IMG/VR virus record: IMGVR_UViG_3300028030_000001
Location: 1 to 64,000 of that record
Strand: one strand, 5' to 3'
Length of the DNA stretch: 64,000 nt
Origin: a virus
In this document: positions 29,195 to 38,791 of the stretch, piece after piece
Position numbering within the stretch: position 1 is the first letter of the stretch
How the letters are laid out: every line of letters begins with the position of its first letter
Translations under genes and position numbers: made by a program
The notes under the pieces: generated by a model
The model's input: the letters and a program-made list of their open reading frames with translations, nothing else
Databases searched by the model: none
What the model was told of the DNA's origin: nothing

Positions 29195-29361
29195 TGCGTG
29201 ATACAATAATCTTTGTACTATGTTGTACTGTTATTGGCCTTGTTATTGTTTTGAACAGTACAATAAAAAACCCCGATAATATACTGAGTATGCTTATCGG
29301 GGCTATGGCAGGCAGTGTGTCAGGCTACAGGCTTGGCAAATCTAAGGCCGAAAAGTCTTAA
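29194..29361 (+). CDS. small two-TM membrane protein, holin-like (55 aa, not in ORF track)
   Basis: TGATG-coupled; MRDTIIFVLCCTVIGLVIVL...ILSMLIGAMAGSVSGYRLGKSKAEKS. Confidence 0.6.
   Translation: MRDTIIFVLCCTVIGLVIVLNSTIKNPDNILSMLIGAMAGSVSGYRLGKSKAEKS
29265..29302 (-). terminator. intrinsic terminator for the minus-strand arm
   Basis: ccccgataa...ttatcgggg stem next to an A6 run (U-tract on -), just past the M15 gene. Confidence 0.55.
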
Positions 29362-29758
29362 CTGGTTCAACATTCCGGCAGTCGATATGAAGCCAACTCG
29401 TACCTAGTTCTACTGCCGTTATATGTATGCGTGCGGGAATTGTTTTTGATATGATATGTTTCCGCACAAGTTCTACATCAGTGTCTCGAAATAAGCAGTC
29501 TGCCGCTCTTCCGAAGCTGTGTTGTGAAGTAGGTGAATAGTAAGGGCTGTTAGGTGTTCTGAGTCCTGACCATTCACGCTCCCCACCATGCATATAATTG
29601 TTGATTATAATAGGCCCATACAAATCTCTGAGTATATCCAGAGACTTGAGAAGTCTGTCATCCATGAATTGCCATGCCTGTGCCCTAAATTGTGCGTAAA
29701 TGTGTGGCGGAACAAGCTCATAAATTCTGAAATGATTGCATTTGTACATTTTTACCAC
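29342..29758 (-). CDS. peptidase M15 family endolysin
   Basis: SGLR...SQHSFGRAAD...WLHID zinc-peptidase motifs. Confidence 0.85.
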   Translation of the reverse strand: MVKMYKCNHFRIYELVPPHIYAQFRAQAWQFMDDRLLKSLDILRDLYGPIIINNYMHGGEREWSGLRTPNSPYYSPTSQHSFGRAADCLFRDTDVELVRKHIISKTIPARIHITAVELGTSWLHIDCRNVEPVKTFRP

Positions 29759-30216
29759 CCAAGATATTCCACAGTATCTATAACTGCTTGAGTAAGCTGA
29801 GGTTCAAATAACATATTTCTGCAGTATTCTTTTGTAGCCTCCATAACTTTGTCTGGATTTTTAGCTTTTATTTCTGCTAAATCTTTTAGTATGCCTATAA
29901 CACCTCTATAGTTAGTAGTTTTAGGCACAGGCATCAACCCTTTCTGTGCTTTTTCTTGTATATTGTGTATTACAGAGGTATCTGACGCTGAAGTAGCACA
30001 TTTTTTGGTAGTAACAGGTTTATTGTCGGACTGTTTGTTATTCGGTGTGTTGATTGTTACAGGTATCTGTCTATTACTGATTTTACTTTGTGCCACTATG
30101 CTAATCATGGCTTGTTCTATCATGCTGTATTTGTAGTGTGTACTTACAGTAGATATAGCCATTATTAGTTCAGTAATAGCAGATTCAAAATTACGAATAT
30201 GAGTCAAGTGTCTCAT
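29752..30216 (-). CDS. hypothetical protein
   Basis: Overlap-coupled ORF. Confidence 0.55.
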   Translation of the reverse strand: MRHLTHIRNFESAITELIMAISTVSTHYKYSMIEQAMISIVAQSKISNRQIPVTINTPNNKQSDNKPVTTKKCATSASDTSVIHNIQEKAQKGLMPVPKTTNYRGVIGILKDLAEIKAKNPDKVMEATKEYCRNMLFEPQLTQAVIDTVEYLGW

Positions 30217-31067
30217 CCAAAGATTCTCCTTTCCAGGTCTGAAGGAGCGGGTATTTTATCCAGCATCTCTTGTTCCAAATCCTTTGTATCCGTCCTGGTA
30301 GCCCTGTTCGGTCTTTTCTGTTTATAGTTCAAAGCACGAACGGGTACAGGTTTCTTATCTGATACAGGTTTGGTTATTTCTTTGCCTACTTTAAGACCAG
30401 GCTTAAATAAGTCTTTCCATGAGATCATATCTTGTTGCCACGCCCATAATGCACGAGCAAGCTTAGTTCTGGCATAACCTGTAACAAGCCTTAATTCGTA
30501 ACTGGTTATGGCTTTACCTCTGTGCCGTAAAACCTCATAAGTCGCATCTGTTATGTTTCTGTCCAAGTGATATAACCTGTTTCGGATATTGTCGTGTAGT
30601 TGCCTAAAATCCTGTTTTTGGGAGCACACACTGAACAGTTTAGTAATTGTGTTAGTATCACGTTTAAGCCGCTTGGCTACGTCAGATAAACTGTACTCCT
30701 TACCGTTTATTACTACTCTCCTGGAACTGTTGTCTGGTCCGTCAATAAACTCTATCTTGTACTGTTTCTCTTTGCCCTCCATGATAACTTTCTTTCGTTC
30801 CTCAGTTATACCTGTGTCTGGCAAAGAAAATGGGTTGGTAGGGCTTGATTTTTTTGTTTCCGATTTGTGCTTGGTTTTGGTAGACTCGAATTCACCTACT
30901 GCCTCAGAGACTTTTTCTCCTATAACCTTGATTACATGCTCTGCACGGTCTTTGGGCACAGGTACTTCAAGTGCAGCTATTTCTTTTGTTTCAAGGTTTT
31001 CCCATGTCAATACAAGCACACTTAGTGTCTCGTGATACGTTGCGGATATTCTGTGTGTAGGTTTCAT
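30213..31067 (-). CDS. hypothetical basic protein, possible HTH
   Basis: 284 aa; YSLSDVAKRLKRD helix pattern. Confidence 0.55.
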   Translation of the reverse strand: MKPTHRISATYHETLSVLVLTWENLETKEIAALEVPVPKDRAEHVIKVIGEKVSEAVGEFESTKTKHKSETKKSSPTNPFSLPDTGITEERKKVIMEGKEKQYKIEFIDGPDNSSRRVVINGKEYSLSDVAKRLKRDTNTITKLFSVCSQKQDFRQLHDNIRNRLYHLDRNITDATYEVLRHRGKAITSYELRLVTGYARTKLARALWAWQQDMISWKDLFKPGLKVGKEITKPVSDKKPVPVRALNYKQKRPNRATRTDTKDLEQEMLDKIPAPSDLERRIFG

Positions 31068-31068
31068 A

Positions 31069-31545
31069 TCAATTCACCATAATCATTGCCATATTAAAAT
31101 CGCTTACTGTATAGGCAGAACTAACGAGAAATTCTCTCAACTCTTCACCGCTCTGGTCAAGTTCATAATATTTCCCGTAATAAACTGCCCGGATACCTGC
31201 TTGTATTATAGCCTTCAAACATTCGTTACAAGGCATGATAGATACTACCATTATCGCTGATTCACAAGCGGTTCCATATTTGGCACACTGCAATAAAGCA
31301 TTCTTTTCCGCATGTTCACACGGTAAGTCTTGTAATACTGTGCCGCTCTTTCTATCAGGCTTCCAACAAGTTTCATTACAGTTAGGGAACCCTGACGGAA
31401 GTCCGTTATAACCTGTAGCGATGATACGCTTGTCTCTTACTATTACACAACCTACCTTACGCCTTACACAATGGGATTTCTCCGCTACTGTGTCCGCTAC
31501 TCTCAGAAAATGTGTAAGCCAATCATGTCTTATGATACCACTCAT
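31069..31545 (-). CDS. dCMP deaminase
   Basis: TGYNG, HAEKNA and PCNEC motifs. Confidence 0.93.
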   Translation of the reverse strand: MSGIIRHDWLTHFLRVADTVAEKSHCVRRKVGCVIVRDKRIIATGYNGLPSGFPNCNETCWKPDRKSGTVLQDLPCEHAEKNALLQCAKYGTACESAIMVVSIMPCNECLKAIIQAGIRAVYYGKYYELDQSGEELREFLVSSAYTVSDFNMAMIMVN

Positions 31546-31560
31546 AACCTCTCCTGTTTT

Positions 31561-31585
31561 GTGCTCCGCTCAAAGAACGGAGCAC
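31561..31585. terminator. intergenic hairpin
   Basis: gtgctccg...cggagcac between HU and dCMP deaminase; no clear U-tract on -. Confidence 0.3.
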
Positions 31586-31592
31586 AGCTTAT

Positions 31593-31871
31593 CTACTTGT
31601 TAAGTTCTTCTTTCAACATTTTCGAACATTTGAAGGTAAGCACCTTTTTGTTTGGGTAACTGATATGTCCCCTGTTTGATTTGATTGTGCCTCCCTTACG
31701 TTCTTTAATCAGAAACCGACCAAACCCACGAATGGTGATACCGTCCTCTGCTTCTTGGGCTATGTAATCCACAAAAGCATCAAGTGTTTTGCTTATGTGA
31801 TGTTTGGAAATATGCATATCAAATATTTCCTCAACTCTTTCCTGTACTCCGTCTACTATCTTTCTGTGCAT
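31593..31871 (-). CDS. HU/IHF-family DNA-binding protein
   Basis: ITIRGFGRFLIKERKG...FKCSKMLKEELN. Confidence 0.88.
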   Translation of the reverse strand: MHRKIVDGVQERVEEIFDMHISKHHISKTLDAFVDYIAQEAEDGITIRGFGRFLIKERKGGTIKSNRGHISYPNKKVLTFKCSKMLKEELNK

Positions 31872-31875
31872 GATG

Positions 31876-32409
31876 CTACTCCTTAAAGTATTCCAGTGCT
31901 ACGTCAGTAGCTACTATTTCAGCCATTATGAGGCTGTCACTTAGATGTATTTCTGTAAAATCCTTTATGTCGATTCGCTCCGAAGAGTGATCTGATTCCG
32001 GTTCAATCCCATCCCTAACCAGTTTCAGTACCACACCACCAAAAGTTTCTGTTATCAATCTGGCTTCATTTTCCCTCCTTACATCATCAATTATTACGTG
32101 TTTGTGTGGGCATTTCCGTATAGCTCGTTCCATGTTGATTACCCATAAATCCTCATGAATCAAGTCTCTGACACACTCCGTTCCGAATATCTGCATGATC
32201 TGTCTTGGAGTCTTGCCGTATTCAGGCAATATTTGAGACTTGAGTTCCCGACTCATGAAGTATTCTATCGGATACCCGGTAAAGACAGAGCAAGCTTTTT
32301 TGAGCGGATAGGCAAACGAATATACCACACAGTCAGTTGTATTCTTACGCATGAAATTGGCGAAAGTTGTCTTACCTGTGCCTGCGTAACCGGCCAAACC
32401 TATGATCAT
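31876..32409 (-). CDS. deoxynucleoside monophosphate kinase
   Basis: IIGLAGYAGTGKT, SFAYPLK, RQIMQIFGTE, DDVR, HSSE. Confidence 0.9.
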   Translation of the reverse strand: MIIGLAGYAGTGKTTFANFMRKNTTDCVVYSFAYPLKKACSVFTGYPIEYFMSRELKSQILPEYGKTPRQIMQIFGTECVRDLIHEDLWVINMERAIRKCPHKHVIIDDVRRENEARLITETFGGVVLKLVRDGIEPESDHSSERIDIKDFTEIHLSDSLIMAEIVATDVALEYFKE

Positions 32410-33752
32410 AAACAGTTCTCCTTTATGTATTCCAATGTATCTGTTTCTCCGTCTTTATCGAATCTGATTTCAACCAGTCTAGGAAGAAATAGCGAGTACA
32501 CGCCGTCTCGTGAGTCTGAATCAATAACGGATTCGTACCGAACCGTGGCAAGTTTCCCGATACAATCAGAATCAATACTTTCTCTGTCTCTGTCCGTAAG
32601 CCCTGAACTTACCTGTACCTTAACCTTACCATCATCCGATTCGAGTATAAGACTGCCTACACAATGTTCGTACTTAGTGCCCTGTTTCCCTGGCAGAATC
32701 TGTTTTATTCTGAGTTCACAATCGGATTCGTTTTTGATTTTGATCTGGTCTTTTGACGTGCCATCTTTCCAGATTCCGTACTTGTTCTTTACTACACAAC
32801 CTTCCTCACCAGATAATCTCATAGCCCTATAATGGTGAGCTATATCTTCATTAGACCTTACAATGTGTGTTATTATAGCCTCGAACACATCTACCCGTCT
32901 GTGTGTTTCAGCTATTTCACGGCATTTTTCGTACCTGTCCATGTACGGGGTAGTGCTCATACCTCTAACAAATACCTCGTATGTAACACAGTCCCATATA
33001 CTGTAACATACACTATTAAGTTCTTCTTTAGTGGCCGTGTCTTTAATACATTTGTTGATTATGCCGTTACCTTTCTTACGAGGTAGGACAAATCCGTTTT
33101 CGTCTCTTACAAGAAGCTCCCCCATAAGTACATATCGTGTATTGTACAAGCCAAGAGCTTTAGCTTGTATCATCATGGTATCATACAAAAGTACACCAGG
33201 CTCAGACAACGCTACAATATCTGATCCGTTTCTGGTCATGAAACCTACATCTTTTGCGTTAAAGTAAGCGTAAGCGAATACGCCATCAGCCTTTGGCTGT
33301 AACATGGCCGGGAACGTAATATTGCCTATTTTGGCTTGGGAAGAACAGCGCATATAAGGAATAATCGTAATAAGGCCAGGCTCGACTTTATTCACGGTCT
33401 TGGCCGCAATTCCGCTTCCTAACCGTTTCGTTACTATCCGGCGCACAACTTCCCATGTTTCCTTGTCAGGAATCATTGAAAACAGTTCATCCTTTTCTTC
33501 TTTCTTGATTCCTCTTTGTATCGACAACTCAATAAGTTTGTTTAGAATGTCATTACCTGGTGTCTGTACACCCGTATTTTTGAACTTGGGTAGTTTGTTG
33601 ATATGGAAAGTGTATCCTGGGTCAAGCGACAGCATAGCAGTTGTCCTGAACAGTGGATCAGTCAGGAAATCTTTAAGAAGCTGTTTTTTGGTTTGTGCTG
33701 AATTTGCTTCAGACAAGAGTTGAAGCTTGTCATAAACTGGTTTCAGGCTCAT
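32406..33752 (-). CDS. ATP-dependent DNA ligase
   Basis: KADG motif I, GEL, EEGCVVKN, SLFLPR. Confidence 0.93.
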   Translation of the reverse strand: MSLKPVYDKLQLLSEANSAQTKKQLLKDFLTDPLFRTTAMLSLDPGYTFHINKLPKFKNTGVQTPGNDILNKLIELSIQRGIKKEEKDELFSMIPDKETWEVVRRIVTKRLGSGIAAKTVNKVEPGLITIIPYMRCSSQAKIGNITFPAMLQPKADGVFAYAYFNAKDVGFMTRNGSDIVALSEPGVLLYDTMMIQAKALGLYNTRYVLMGELLVRDENGFVLPRKKGNGIINKCIKDTATKEELNSVCYSIWDCVTYEVFVRGMSTTPYMDRYEKCREIAETHRRVDVFEAIITHIVRSNEDIAHHYRAMRLSGEEGCVVKNKYGIWKDGTSKDQIKIKNESDCELRIKQILPGKQGTKYEHCVGSLILESDDGKVKVQVSSGLTDRDRESIDSDCIGKLATVRYESVIDSDSRDGVYSLFLPRLVEIRFDKDGETDTLEYIKENCL

Positions 33753-33917
33753 TTACATTCTCCTACCTTTGAGTTTCTGGTATTCGTTGCGTTTATCGTC
33801 AGCTACAATACACACCCTAGCACCTTTATCGAGTTTCCACACATAGCTCCTATGTCTTGGAGAATACTCTGTGCCATACACTGTCTTACGAATCTTTTTT
33901 GCTTTCTTGTTTCTCAT
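33753..33917 (-). CDS. small basic protein (54 aa, not in ORF track)
   Basis: MRNKKAKKIRKTVYG...GRRM; ATGA overlap upstream and abuts ligase start. Confidence 0.55.
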   Translation of the reverse strand: MRNKKAKKIRKTVYGTEYSPRHRSYVWKLDKGARVCIVADDKRNEYQKLKGRRM

Positions 33918-34534
33918 TTAACACCTCTTAACCTGTATTTTTCTATCTTATCACACACCAAAAATTCTTTACTATGTGTAGACAGAATCAGTTGTAACCC
34001 CAATTCAGAACATAACCTGCTCAGAACTTTAGCAGCTAATGCCTGATTATCCTCACTCAAATGTTTTAATGGTTCATCAGCTATAATTACCGGAGCGGAT
34101 TCTGTCAGGACTACATAAGCCATTCTGAGTACGGTCGAGGCTATATCAGCGTAACCGAACCCACAAGACCTCAATGGGTCGTATTGATTACCGTCCCGCT
34201 CATAGGCAAATTCGCATTTAAGCTTACTCCGGTAAAAACTGAAAACGGATTTGAAAGCATAAACATTGTCTGATTCAGAACTGAACACGGCTTTGAACGC
34301 TTCAGTTACTACATCATCGAAATAACTGGAAGCTGTAGATTGTACGATATAAAGAGCGTCATACAAGACCTCAAGTGCTTGTTTATTGGTTTGTAGCTTG
34401 TTCTGTAACTGCTCTGAGTTGTGTTCAAGCTCTGATTTTAAAGTAGTCAGGTACTCAAACCTTTTAGTGGCCTTGTCTAGTCTATTCTTCAGTTTCGAGT
34501 TCAAGGAAGTCTCCGTACTCTGATATAAACTCAT
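33914..34534 (-). CDS. SbcC/Rad50-like ATPase, C-terminal half
   Basis: Coiled coil, then signature-like SCGFG, Walker B IIADEP, H-loop STHS; no Walker A. Confidence 0.8.
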   Translation of the reverse strand: MSLYQSTETSLNSKLKNRLDKATKRFEYLTTLKSELEHNSEQLQNKLQTNKQALEVLYDALYIVQSTASSYFDDVVTEAFKAVFSSESDNVYAFKSVFSFYRSKLKCEFAYERDGNQYDPLRSCGFGYADIASTVLRMAYVVLTESAPVIIADEPLKHLSEDNQALAAKVLSRLCSELGLQLILSTHSKEFLVCDKIEKYRLRGVK

Positions 34535-34736
34535 CCCATAACTGATTAGCCTTCTCTATAGCTTCATTCACTTCTTTCTTTTGTTTTTCCAGGTAAGCTT
34601 CGGCTTCCTCTATAGTATCGAAACCTAACCTGTCCATGAGTGCTTCATATTTTCCTTCGAGCTTGTCTCGTTCTTTTTTCTTGGCCTCTATCTGTTCCTC
34701 AATGATTTTCAGATCATCTTCTGTAAATTTAAGCAT
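34482..34736 (-). CDS. small coiled-coil protein
   Basis: GAGAGG RBS before MLKFTEDD; charged heptads. Confidence 0.6.
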   Translation of the reverse strand: MLKFTEDDLKIIEEQIEAKKKERDKLEGKYEALMDRLGFDTIEEAEAYLEKQKKEVNEAIEKANQLWDEFISEYGDFLELETEE

Positions 34737-35493
34737 CAGAAAACCTCTCCAACAACTCATCACGTAACGGTTTTATAAGTGCCTGCATTTGTGGGTCAGC
34801 AGCAGAAGAACAACGCAATTCAAATATTGTTTTCCATTGAGACAGTCTTGTAGTCATAACAATGACTGTAGATAATGCTTGTGGAAGTATGTTTCTGGCC
34901 TGTTGTGCAGGCAAACCACGATTGAGCATTTTCAGATATGTAAGCTCAATATTGTGCAGTTCCATAGTAAACTCGTCTTGGATACTGTGATGCCATTCCT
35001 CAAACTTGACAGGCTTTATGAAAACAAGTCCTTCACTTTCACGGCAATACCTGGTAGATTTTATAGAAAACCCGCAGAACAATCTGTGTCTTGTAAGTTC
35101 CGCCATCATTGCTCTGTTCGTAAAGAACTCTACCGTAATCATAGGATTACTTATATTCTGCTTGTTTCCGTCAAAGAAAGGCTCAAGATCGTCCACAGAT
35201 TCGATTCCATACCGCTCTATGAATACTCTGAGATTGTTTGCGTACCGACCATCACCTGCATAAGCTTCCCATCGAGAATTAATTGCGTTATCTGTTATCA
35301 CATCAACATGCTCAAATACAGACAAATGACCTCTTCTCAAGAGGTGGTTAAGCATCGGTTTCCACGAATCTTCCGTTATCTTGTCTCTTGAATCGTAACA
35401 AGTCCTGCCTGCTTTTTCTATCCACTTCATAGCAGGCACGAATTCTGTAGGTGGCACACCCCAAATGCTATGATATTGTTCTTTGATTTGCAT
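34729..35493 (-). CDS. thyX: FAD-dependent thymidylate synthase
   Basis: GHLSVFEH, ELTRHR...STRY, ARNILP. Confidence 0.93.
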   Translation of the reverse strand: MQIKEQYHSIWGVPPTEFVPAMKWIEKAGRTCYDSRDKITEDSWKPMLNHLLRRGHLSVFEHVDVITDNAINSRWEAYAGDGRYANNLRVFIERYGIESVDDLEPFFDGNKQNISNPMITVEFFTNRAMMAELTRHRLFCGFSIKSTRYCRESEGLVFIKPVKFEEWHHSIQDEFTMELHNIELTYLKMLNRGLPAQQARNILPQALSTVIVMTTRLSQWKTIFELRCSSAADPQMQALIKPLRDELLERFSDA

Positions 35494-36436
35494 TGATCCA
35501 CTCCTCTATTTTGTTTCGTACTGCATCTGCTACTTTACGGTCGTTTAACAGGTGCTTGATTACTTCTATTGGGTCAGGTGTTACCTCTTTGTTGCCAAAT
35601 GCCTGCAACAGTTTCTGTACATCAACAGATACTGTTTTCTTTTCTTTTTTCTCTACTTCATCAGGTGTTACTTTGTAGTATTGTTCGGCAGGTAACAAGG
35701 ACTGAAGCACAATACGCCTCCATTCAAGCGTTTCGCTGTTGATAAGCCATACACAAGGTTCATGGTCATACTGGTTTATTGCAGACCTTGCGATAGAACC
35801 GCAGTTGATCAAAAGTTGATCATTTGTCTGAGTAACGAAAGATTGATGATTGTCTCCGCACAAGAACAGTTTTATATGTGGATTAGTCTGCATCAAATCT
35901 TCAGACAGGAGGTATTTTGATTCGTCTATGGGTAAGGTTGTGTTCGATACAAGAGCGTGAACGAGAGCTTTATTTTTGTGTGTACTTATTATGTCAGACT
36001 CTGTATCGAGTTTGATAACGTAAGAAGAATCAATGGCTAACTTGACAACACCAGCAGCTATAAGCGTACCAAATTGGCTGTCTTTCACGCCTTCCATTGT
36101 GTAGTTGTAATTCTTTACGTCATGATTGCCCGGTATAGCTTTTATTGGTACGCTCCAATGCCTGAGTTCTGTGATAAGGTCGAACATCTGAGATTCTGTT
36201 ATGTTTCCTGTAGGTGCATCAAACCAGTCACCTACAAACACAACCTCTCTTACTTTATGATACTTTGCTATACCTCGTATTTCTTCAAGTGACAGCATTG
36301 ACTGTTCAAACATACTGACCTCGTTCCTGACATACTTAGGAACTCGATTAGTCATATGTAAGTCAGCAAATGCCAGTATATCAAACTCTCCAGTGGATTC
36401 TGTAGGCTCCACACTTGGGGCAGGTTTCAAGACCAC
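35468..36436 (-). CDS. SbcD/Mre11-like metallophosphoesterase nuclease
   Basis: ADLH, GDWFD, GNHD, GDNH, NCGS motifs. Confidence 0.9.
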   Translation of the reverse strand: MVLKPAPSVEPTESTGEFDILAFADLHMTNRVPKYVRNEVSMFEQSMLSLEEIRGIAKYHKVREVVFVGDWFDAPTGNITESQMFDLITELRHWSVPIKAIPGNHDVKNYNYTMEGVKDSQFGTLIAAGVVKLAIDSSYVIKLDTESDIISTHKNKALVHALVSNTTLPIDESKYLLSEDLMQTNPHIKLFLCGDNHQSFVTQTNDQLLINCGSIARSAINQYDHEPCVWLINSETLEWRRIVLQSLLPAEQYYKVTPDEVEKKEKKTVSVDVQKLLQAFGNKEVTPDPIEVIKHLLNDRKVADAVRNKIEEWINANQRTIS

Positions 36437-37739
36437 TCTCTATCTCCTTTCTTTTCCGTTCCAGTTCATGAATGGAGTCTGAAACTGATTGAATTTCTGA
36501 CTCACTCTGTAACAGTTTCCTGATATTGTTCGTGAGTTCTTCTATTGTTCCACGTGAAACATAAACTGATTTTGTCAGTGTGCTTAACCTGTCTATGTTT
36601 GTAACACATTGGTTAAGTTGCTCAAACTGTCGTAACTTCCTGTGATAAAGTTTGGTATCTTCTGCTCTGTTTATTATTTCTGTTATATTACTGATTACAG
36701 CTATACGGCCTTTAAGCTCTCCAAGTGTGTTAAACGATTGAGCTAACGCACTGTCCATAGAATCTAGCACTGTACCGATACGATCCAGAGACTTGAGCAT
36801 TGACACAAGTGTATCATATTTTGAAACTTTGTCAACAACTTTTCTAAGTTCTTGAGGTGTTTCAGACGCTAACAAACTTTCAGGCAGGTCTGTTTCAAGT
36901 CTGTTTCTTGTGTGTTTTGCTTCTTGTACACCATATTCAGTTTCGTTTATCTCTCTGGCAAGTTTAGCCGATGCTACAAGAGCTTTTTTGAGCTTTTCTA
37001 TGTTTATACTCGAAACAGTAGCCAGTCTGTGTGCATTGTCTCGTAATGTCCTGGCGTCTGTTATGCTTGACTGTAATTGTTCCGCTCTGTCTTTCTTACT
37101 CTCATACTCCTTAACCATCTCTTCCCAGGTACGATACATATTGTTGGCCGGTTCAACCCAAGAAAGTGATTTAAGTTCTTTACTACGTTTAGACAGATTT
37201 TTGTCTGTTATTTTTGACTCTTGTTCTATAGCTTTGGTTTCTTTCTCTGCCAGTTCCAGTAGCTCTACCAATTCAGAAAAGTCAAACACATCATTTAACT
37301 TTTCCATTAGTTCAGAAGGCTTGTCATCAAGCATAAAGAACTGGTCTTTTTGTATCTTGATGTTCAGGTCAGTAATATCAAGCAGAGCCTTAACAGCTTC
37401 AGGTACTTTGCCGATACCTACTGCCTTGAGTATTTGTGGTTCGTATTTGTCTTTAGTTATCCTGTACTCATTTAACCTGTTCTTCTGCCATATTCTGTGT
37501 ATCCTGCTCCCATCACCAAGCTCTACAATAACTTCCATAACATCTTTAGGATGTTTGTTGTTTATAAGCTTTGCAGGTGTGCCTACGTTTCTAAGACACC
37601 ACAATAAAGCTCGTATGATACTTGACTTACCTACGTCTGATGGGCCTTGCAAAACAGTAAGTACACTATTGAAATCTATAATAAGACGTTCATGTTTTTC
37701 AAAATTTTTGAGCGTGAGTTTTTTAATGACCAGTTTCAT
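36381..37739 (-). CDS. SbcC/Rad50-like ATPase, N-terminal half ending in zinc hook
   Basis: LKNFEKH, Walker A GPSDVGKS, Q-loop, coiled coil, terminal CPKC. Confidence 0.85.
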   Translation of the reverse strand: MKLVIKKLTLKNFEKHERLIIDFNSVLTVLQGPSDVGKSSIIRALLWCLRNVGTPAKLINNKHPKDVMEVIVELGDGSRIHRIWQKNRLNEYRITKDKYEPQILKAVGIGKVPEAVKALLDITDLNIKIQKDQFFMLDDKPSELMEKLNDVFDFSELVELLELAEKETKAIEQESKITDKNLSKRSKELKSLSWVEPANNMYRTWEEMVKEYESKKDRAEQLQSSITDARTLRDNAHRLATVSSINIEKLKKALVASAKLAREINETEYGVQEAKHTRNRLETDLPESLLASETPQELRKVVDKVSKYDTLVSMLKSLDRIGTVLDSMDSALAQSFNTLGELKGRIAVISNITEIINRAEDTKLYHRKLRQFEQLNQCVTNIDRLSTLTKSVYVSRGTIEELTNNIRKLLQSESEIQSVSDSIHELERKRKEIESGLETCPKCGAYRIHWRV

Positions 37740-37747
37740 ACTAACAC

Positions 37748-38017
37748 CTATAGTTTGTGTGGGTTTAGATATTCAAGTAGCTTGTTAAAATCTTTGTCTC
37801 TATCAGTGTGTTTGTAGTACCTCCAACATATGTCAGTACCTATAAACCTTATGCACGGATAAGGTTTAGTAGTGTCTACAGGACAGTTACCGCCTTTAAC
37901 ATAATCAATATCTTTAGAAATGCCTTGGCACATAATTATATTAACAGGTATGTTTTCACGGGGTAATTTGTCGTGTACTATCTCAGACACAGAACTCAAC
38001 ACAAACAAGTGTTTCAT
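37748..38017 (-). CDS. hypothetical protein
   Basis: ATGA-coupled ORF. Confidence 0.5.
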   Translation of the reverse strand: MKHLFVLSSVSEIVHDKLPRENIPVNIIMCQGISKDIDYVKGGNCPVDTTKPYPCIRFIGTDICWRYYKHTDRDKDFNKLLEYLNPHKL

Positions 38018-38346
38018 AGTCCCAACCTTTCACGTATCATCCGTTTCATAATGTCTTTACCGTCAATATAGCTTTTTTCGCTTACAGTATCTGCGTCCCA
38101 GGCAACACCGCAAATAATAGCATCTTTAGGTATATTGTGCTCAACACAAAACTCACGTAACGTCTTGGCAAGTTCTATCGCATTAGTAAAAACATCTTCA
38201 GATAAACCTAACGGTTGTTCTGATGTTATATACCTTACTGGTTCGTTTACAGGAAAATCGTCTGTTTCGCTGAAACTGTCACGTAACTCTCGCATAATTC
38301 GTTCGTTTTCTTTATTTATCTCTCTCATTTTAGCGTCATGATCCAT
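38014..38346 (-). CDS. hypothetical protein
   Basis: AAGGAG RBS; coupled. Confidence 0.55.
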   Translation of the reverse strand: MDHDAKMREINKENERIMRELRDSFSETDDFPVNEPVRYITSEQPLGLSEDVFTNAIELAKTLREFCVEHNIPKDAIICGVAWDADTVSEKSYIDGKDIMKRMIRERLGL

Positions 38347-38791
38347 GATTGATTATCTCCTTTTCAAATAATTCTTCCAAGCTCATATAGCTTGGAGCCT
38401 CTTTCAACACATACGAAGCCGATTTTGACTCAAACTGCTCCTGAATCAGATTAAAAGAAATAAATCGCCATAACATAGTAGTTGTATGAAACACGATTGT
38501 TACCGGAATCACACCAGCCATACTGTACCGAAGCATCTTGGGAAACTGTGTAAGTCTCTTTTTAGGTAAACGAAAGTCGTGTTTAACTTCCTTGACTTCT
38601 ATTATGTATGACCTTCCGGCATACCACATGAAAAAGTCCCCTGGCTGTTTCCGTATCCTGCCACGGCACTGTCTCGCATCAGGACAGCGATAGAATACAA
38701 ATTGTTTGTCGTTTAGAAGTTGTTCAAATAACTTCTTTGCGTTTGTTTCTGATTTCTTGCCTTTGTTGGCATAAGGATTAGAGTTGTTCAT
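38336..38791 (-). CDS. PD-(D/E)XK Holliday junction resolvase-like nuclease
   Basis: GKKSE...PGDF...IEVK motifs. Confidence 0.75.
   Translation of the reverse strand: MNNSNPYANKGKKSETNAKKLFEQLLNDKQFVFYRCPDARQCRGRIRKQPGDFFMWYAGRSYIIEVKEVKHDFRLPKKRLTQFPKMLRYSMAGVIPVTIVFHTTTMLWRFISFNLIQEQFESKSASYVLKEAPSYMSLEELFEKEIINHGS

Noticed and set aside
36910-37788. Long + strand ORFs opposite replication genes (also 32155..32832 and 42394..42900)
   Set aside because: Ser/Leu/Phe-rich shadows of clear - strand genes with no motifs.
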